DNA of 64,000 nucleotides from an uncultured Gemmatimonadales bacterium (GTDB taxonomy: Bacteria > Gemmatimonadota > Gemmatimonadetes > Longimicrobiales > RSA9), in NCBI GenBank assembly GCA_963798845.1, contig CAWCUS010000002.1, positions 64,001-128,000 of the forward strand. Reading direction: 5' to 3'. Shown in pieces: positions 62,429-64,000 of this stretch (within the stretch, counting starts at the first letter, position 1; each line of letters opens with the position of its first letter). A program made the translations under genes and the position numbers. The notes below the pieces were generated by a model. That model was given only the letters and a program-made list of their open reading frames with translations, made no database searches and was not told the DNA's origin.

Positions 62429-62729
62429 CGCCGGGGGCGATGGCGCGCCAGACGGCCGGCGAGGGCTGGCGTCGCCCGTTGCGGGACGCGACCAGCGCTG
62501 CCACGCCGGAGGGCGAGAGCCTGTAGGCCGGCAGCGCCCCGCCGCTGCGCGGGTCGGCGACACGCTCGATGAGCCCCTCGTCGTGGAGCCTGCGCACCAC
62601 CTCCCCCACGTGGGCGCGGAGCACCGGCCAGCTTCGAGGGATCTCGTGAACGGTCCGGTAGGCGGGCCCCTCCAGCGCCTCCAGCACCTGCTTCCGCAAC
62701 GCCATCACGCTCGGGTTGTTCGGGTTCAT
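62349..62729 (-). CDS. Small winged-helix-like hypothetical protein
   Basis: GGAGGTGA RBS; VVRRLHDEGLIERV...YRLSPSG wing pattern; 3' end overlaps the peptidase gene. Confidence 0.55.
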   Translation of the reverse strand: MNPNNPSVMALRKQVLEALEGPAYRTVHEIPRSWPVLRAHVGEVVRRLHDEGLIERVADPRSGGALPAYRLSPSGVAALVASRNGRRQPSPAVWRAIAPGVNRPRPTATRPAAPAASSGSDRQGRG

Positions 62730-62755
62730 GATCACCTCCGTGATCGTCCGTGGGT

Positions 62756-63409
62756 TCACAGGAGCGGCGTGAGGACGGCCGTGGCGATGAGCGCCGCGGC
62801 CCACACCGCGTTCAGGTTGATCCAGACTGCCCGGAGCAGGCGCAGGCCGAGCTTCTCGTAGACCAGCACCGCGATGGCGCCGGTGACCAGGAGGTAGCCG
62901 GCGGTGTGGACGGCCGTGGCGAGGAGCCCCATCGCCTCCCCCCCGGCCATGCCCGCAGCGAGCATGTGCATGCCGTGCGCCGATCCGTGCGCATCGCCGC
63001 CGACGGCGGGAGCCATGGCCCCCAGCACGAAGGGGAGGACCATGAGCCCGGCCCCGTGCGCCGACGCCATCAGGAACGACCATACGGTCAGATCCCGGGG
63101 TCCCACGCGCATGCCGCCCCAGCGCGGGTGCCGATGCCGTGCCAGGTGGAAGGTGCCGAAGGCGAAGAGCGCCCCGGCGACGATCCACTTCAGCACGCCC
63201 GTGGGCACCGCCACGCCTACGGCGGCAGCGAGCACCACGACCAGCGCGATGGCAAGGGCATGGCCGAGCGCCATGGGGCCCAGGGCGCGCCAGACCGCGG
63301 CGCGCTTCTGCTCCTGGAGCCCGAGGCCGACGGCGAACAGCCAGCCCATGGCCGGGTTCAGCCCGTGCGCGGCGCCCAGGAGCACCATGGTGATGAGCAG
63401 CGTGGTCAT
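62756..63409 (-). CDS. Membrane protein next to the SBP56 gene
   Basis: LGAAHGLNPAMGWLFAV, GHALAI, WSFLMASAHGAGLM, His-rich loop. Confidence 0.8.
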   Translation of the reverse strand: MTTLLITMVLLGAAHGLNPAMGWLFAVGLGLQEQKRAAVWRALGPMALGHALAIALVVVLAAAVGVAVPTGVLKWIVAGALFAFGTFHLARHRHPRWGGMRVGPRDLTVWSFLMASAHGAGLMVLPFVLGAMAPAVGGDAHGSAHGMHMLAAGMAGGEAMGLLATAVHTAGYLLVTGAIAVLVYEKLGLRLLRAVWINLNAVWAAALIATAVLTPLL

Positions 63410-63417
63410 GGCGCGCC

Positions 63418-64000
63418 TCAGGCGTAGCAGAAGGAGTCGGACGACGCGTCGCCGCCCTGGAGCCGCACCTGGTGCGGGCGCAGCCCTTCCTCGAACTCGA
63501 CGAAGAAGCGGGGGTCGAACGCCATGCCGCCCGCCGGGCTCGTGTCGATGCGCGCCATCCACCCCTTGATCCCGTCGGGATAGAACTGGGCGTCCCACGG
63601 CGTGTACAGCGAGTTCGTCAGGTAGACGCGCTTTCCGTCGCGGCTGACCTCCACCATCTGCGCGCCACCGTTCAGCGGCTGGTCCGGCCTCGCGGGGTGT
63701 GCCGCCCGCCGCACGATCCCGCCGATCTCCAGCGACCCCGTGAGCTTCGGCTCGAACGGATCGCTGACGTCGTACTGCAGCAGCTCGCCCGTCCCCCAGC
63801 AGCTGACGTAGAGGAAGCGGTCGTCCAGCGACAGATTGATGTCCGTAACCAGCGGCGGCACGGCCCCGAACGGGGCGATCACGGGCGGCAGATCGGCCGG
63901 GTCCGCCGTCTGGGCCGGGATGGTGATGACCTTCTTCGTCTTCCAGCGGCCGGAGTCCGTGTCCATGTACCAGAGGAAGATCGAGCTGGACAGGTCCTCG
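63418..64000 (-). CDS. Selenium-binding protein SBP56 / methanethiol oxidase family (5' end outside the window)
   Basis: PPLVTDINLSLDDRFLYVSCWGTG, GGAQMVEVSRDGKRVYLTNSLY..WDAQFYP, HQVRLQGGDASSD. Confidence 0.92.
   Translation of the reverse strand, partial: EDLSSSIFLWYMDTDSGRWKTKKVITIPAQTADPADLPPVIAPFGAVPPLVTDINLSLDDRFLYVSCWGTGELLQYDVSDPFEPKLTGSLEIGGIVRRAAHPARPDQPLNGGAQMVEVSRDGKRVYLTNSLYTPWDAQFYPDGIKGWMARIDTSPAGGMAFDPRFFVEFEEGLRPHQVRLQGGDASSDSFCYA

Overview
High-GC bacterial chromosomal window with no phage, integrase, transposase, CRISPR, tRNA or rRNA genes. Gene style, especially two 'ELRRRxV' membrane-anchored proteins, suggests Gemmatimonadota or a similar lineage (inference only). Main contents: (1) a csp-infA pair whose leader has a sigma70 promoter and an intrinsic terminator; (2) a ~16.5 kb co-oriented anaerobic energy cluster: korAB-like OFOR, a hypothetical gene, rnfB, a ~1710-aa PFOR with an extra C-terminal ferredoxin, rnfCDGEA, an unannotated 47-aa NqrM-like Cys-rich membrane microprotein, apbE and two paralogous unknown Cys-rich proteins; (3) MntR, USP, TPR, RecQ and GMC oxidase genes; (4) a sigma54 activator followed by a -24/-12 promoter, a tandem operator, a BigR/SqrR-like ArsR, psrABC and two YeeE/YedE genes, the second fused to a rhodanese-like domain ending in GGC; (5) a minus-strand cassette of a secreted 4-Cys peptide, a propeller-like lipoprotein and an ABC ATPase/permease, followed by mobB; (6) TPP riboswitch-thiC and mntH-usp; (7) a frameshifted alpha-dioxygenase-like heme peroxidase, an AbiEi/DUF559 gene bracketed by 138-bp palindromic direct repeats, and a GH2 beta-galactosidase; (8) a TetR-TrmO fusion, YnjE-like rhodanese-sufE, an M1 aminopeptidase and a partial SBP56 gene. 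Best candidates for an undescribed system: the Cys-peptide/lipoprotein/ABC cassette, the accessory Cys proteins of the OFOR-Rnf cluster, and the repeat-bracketed DUF559 unit. Family calls come from motif recognition by eye; no database searches were run.
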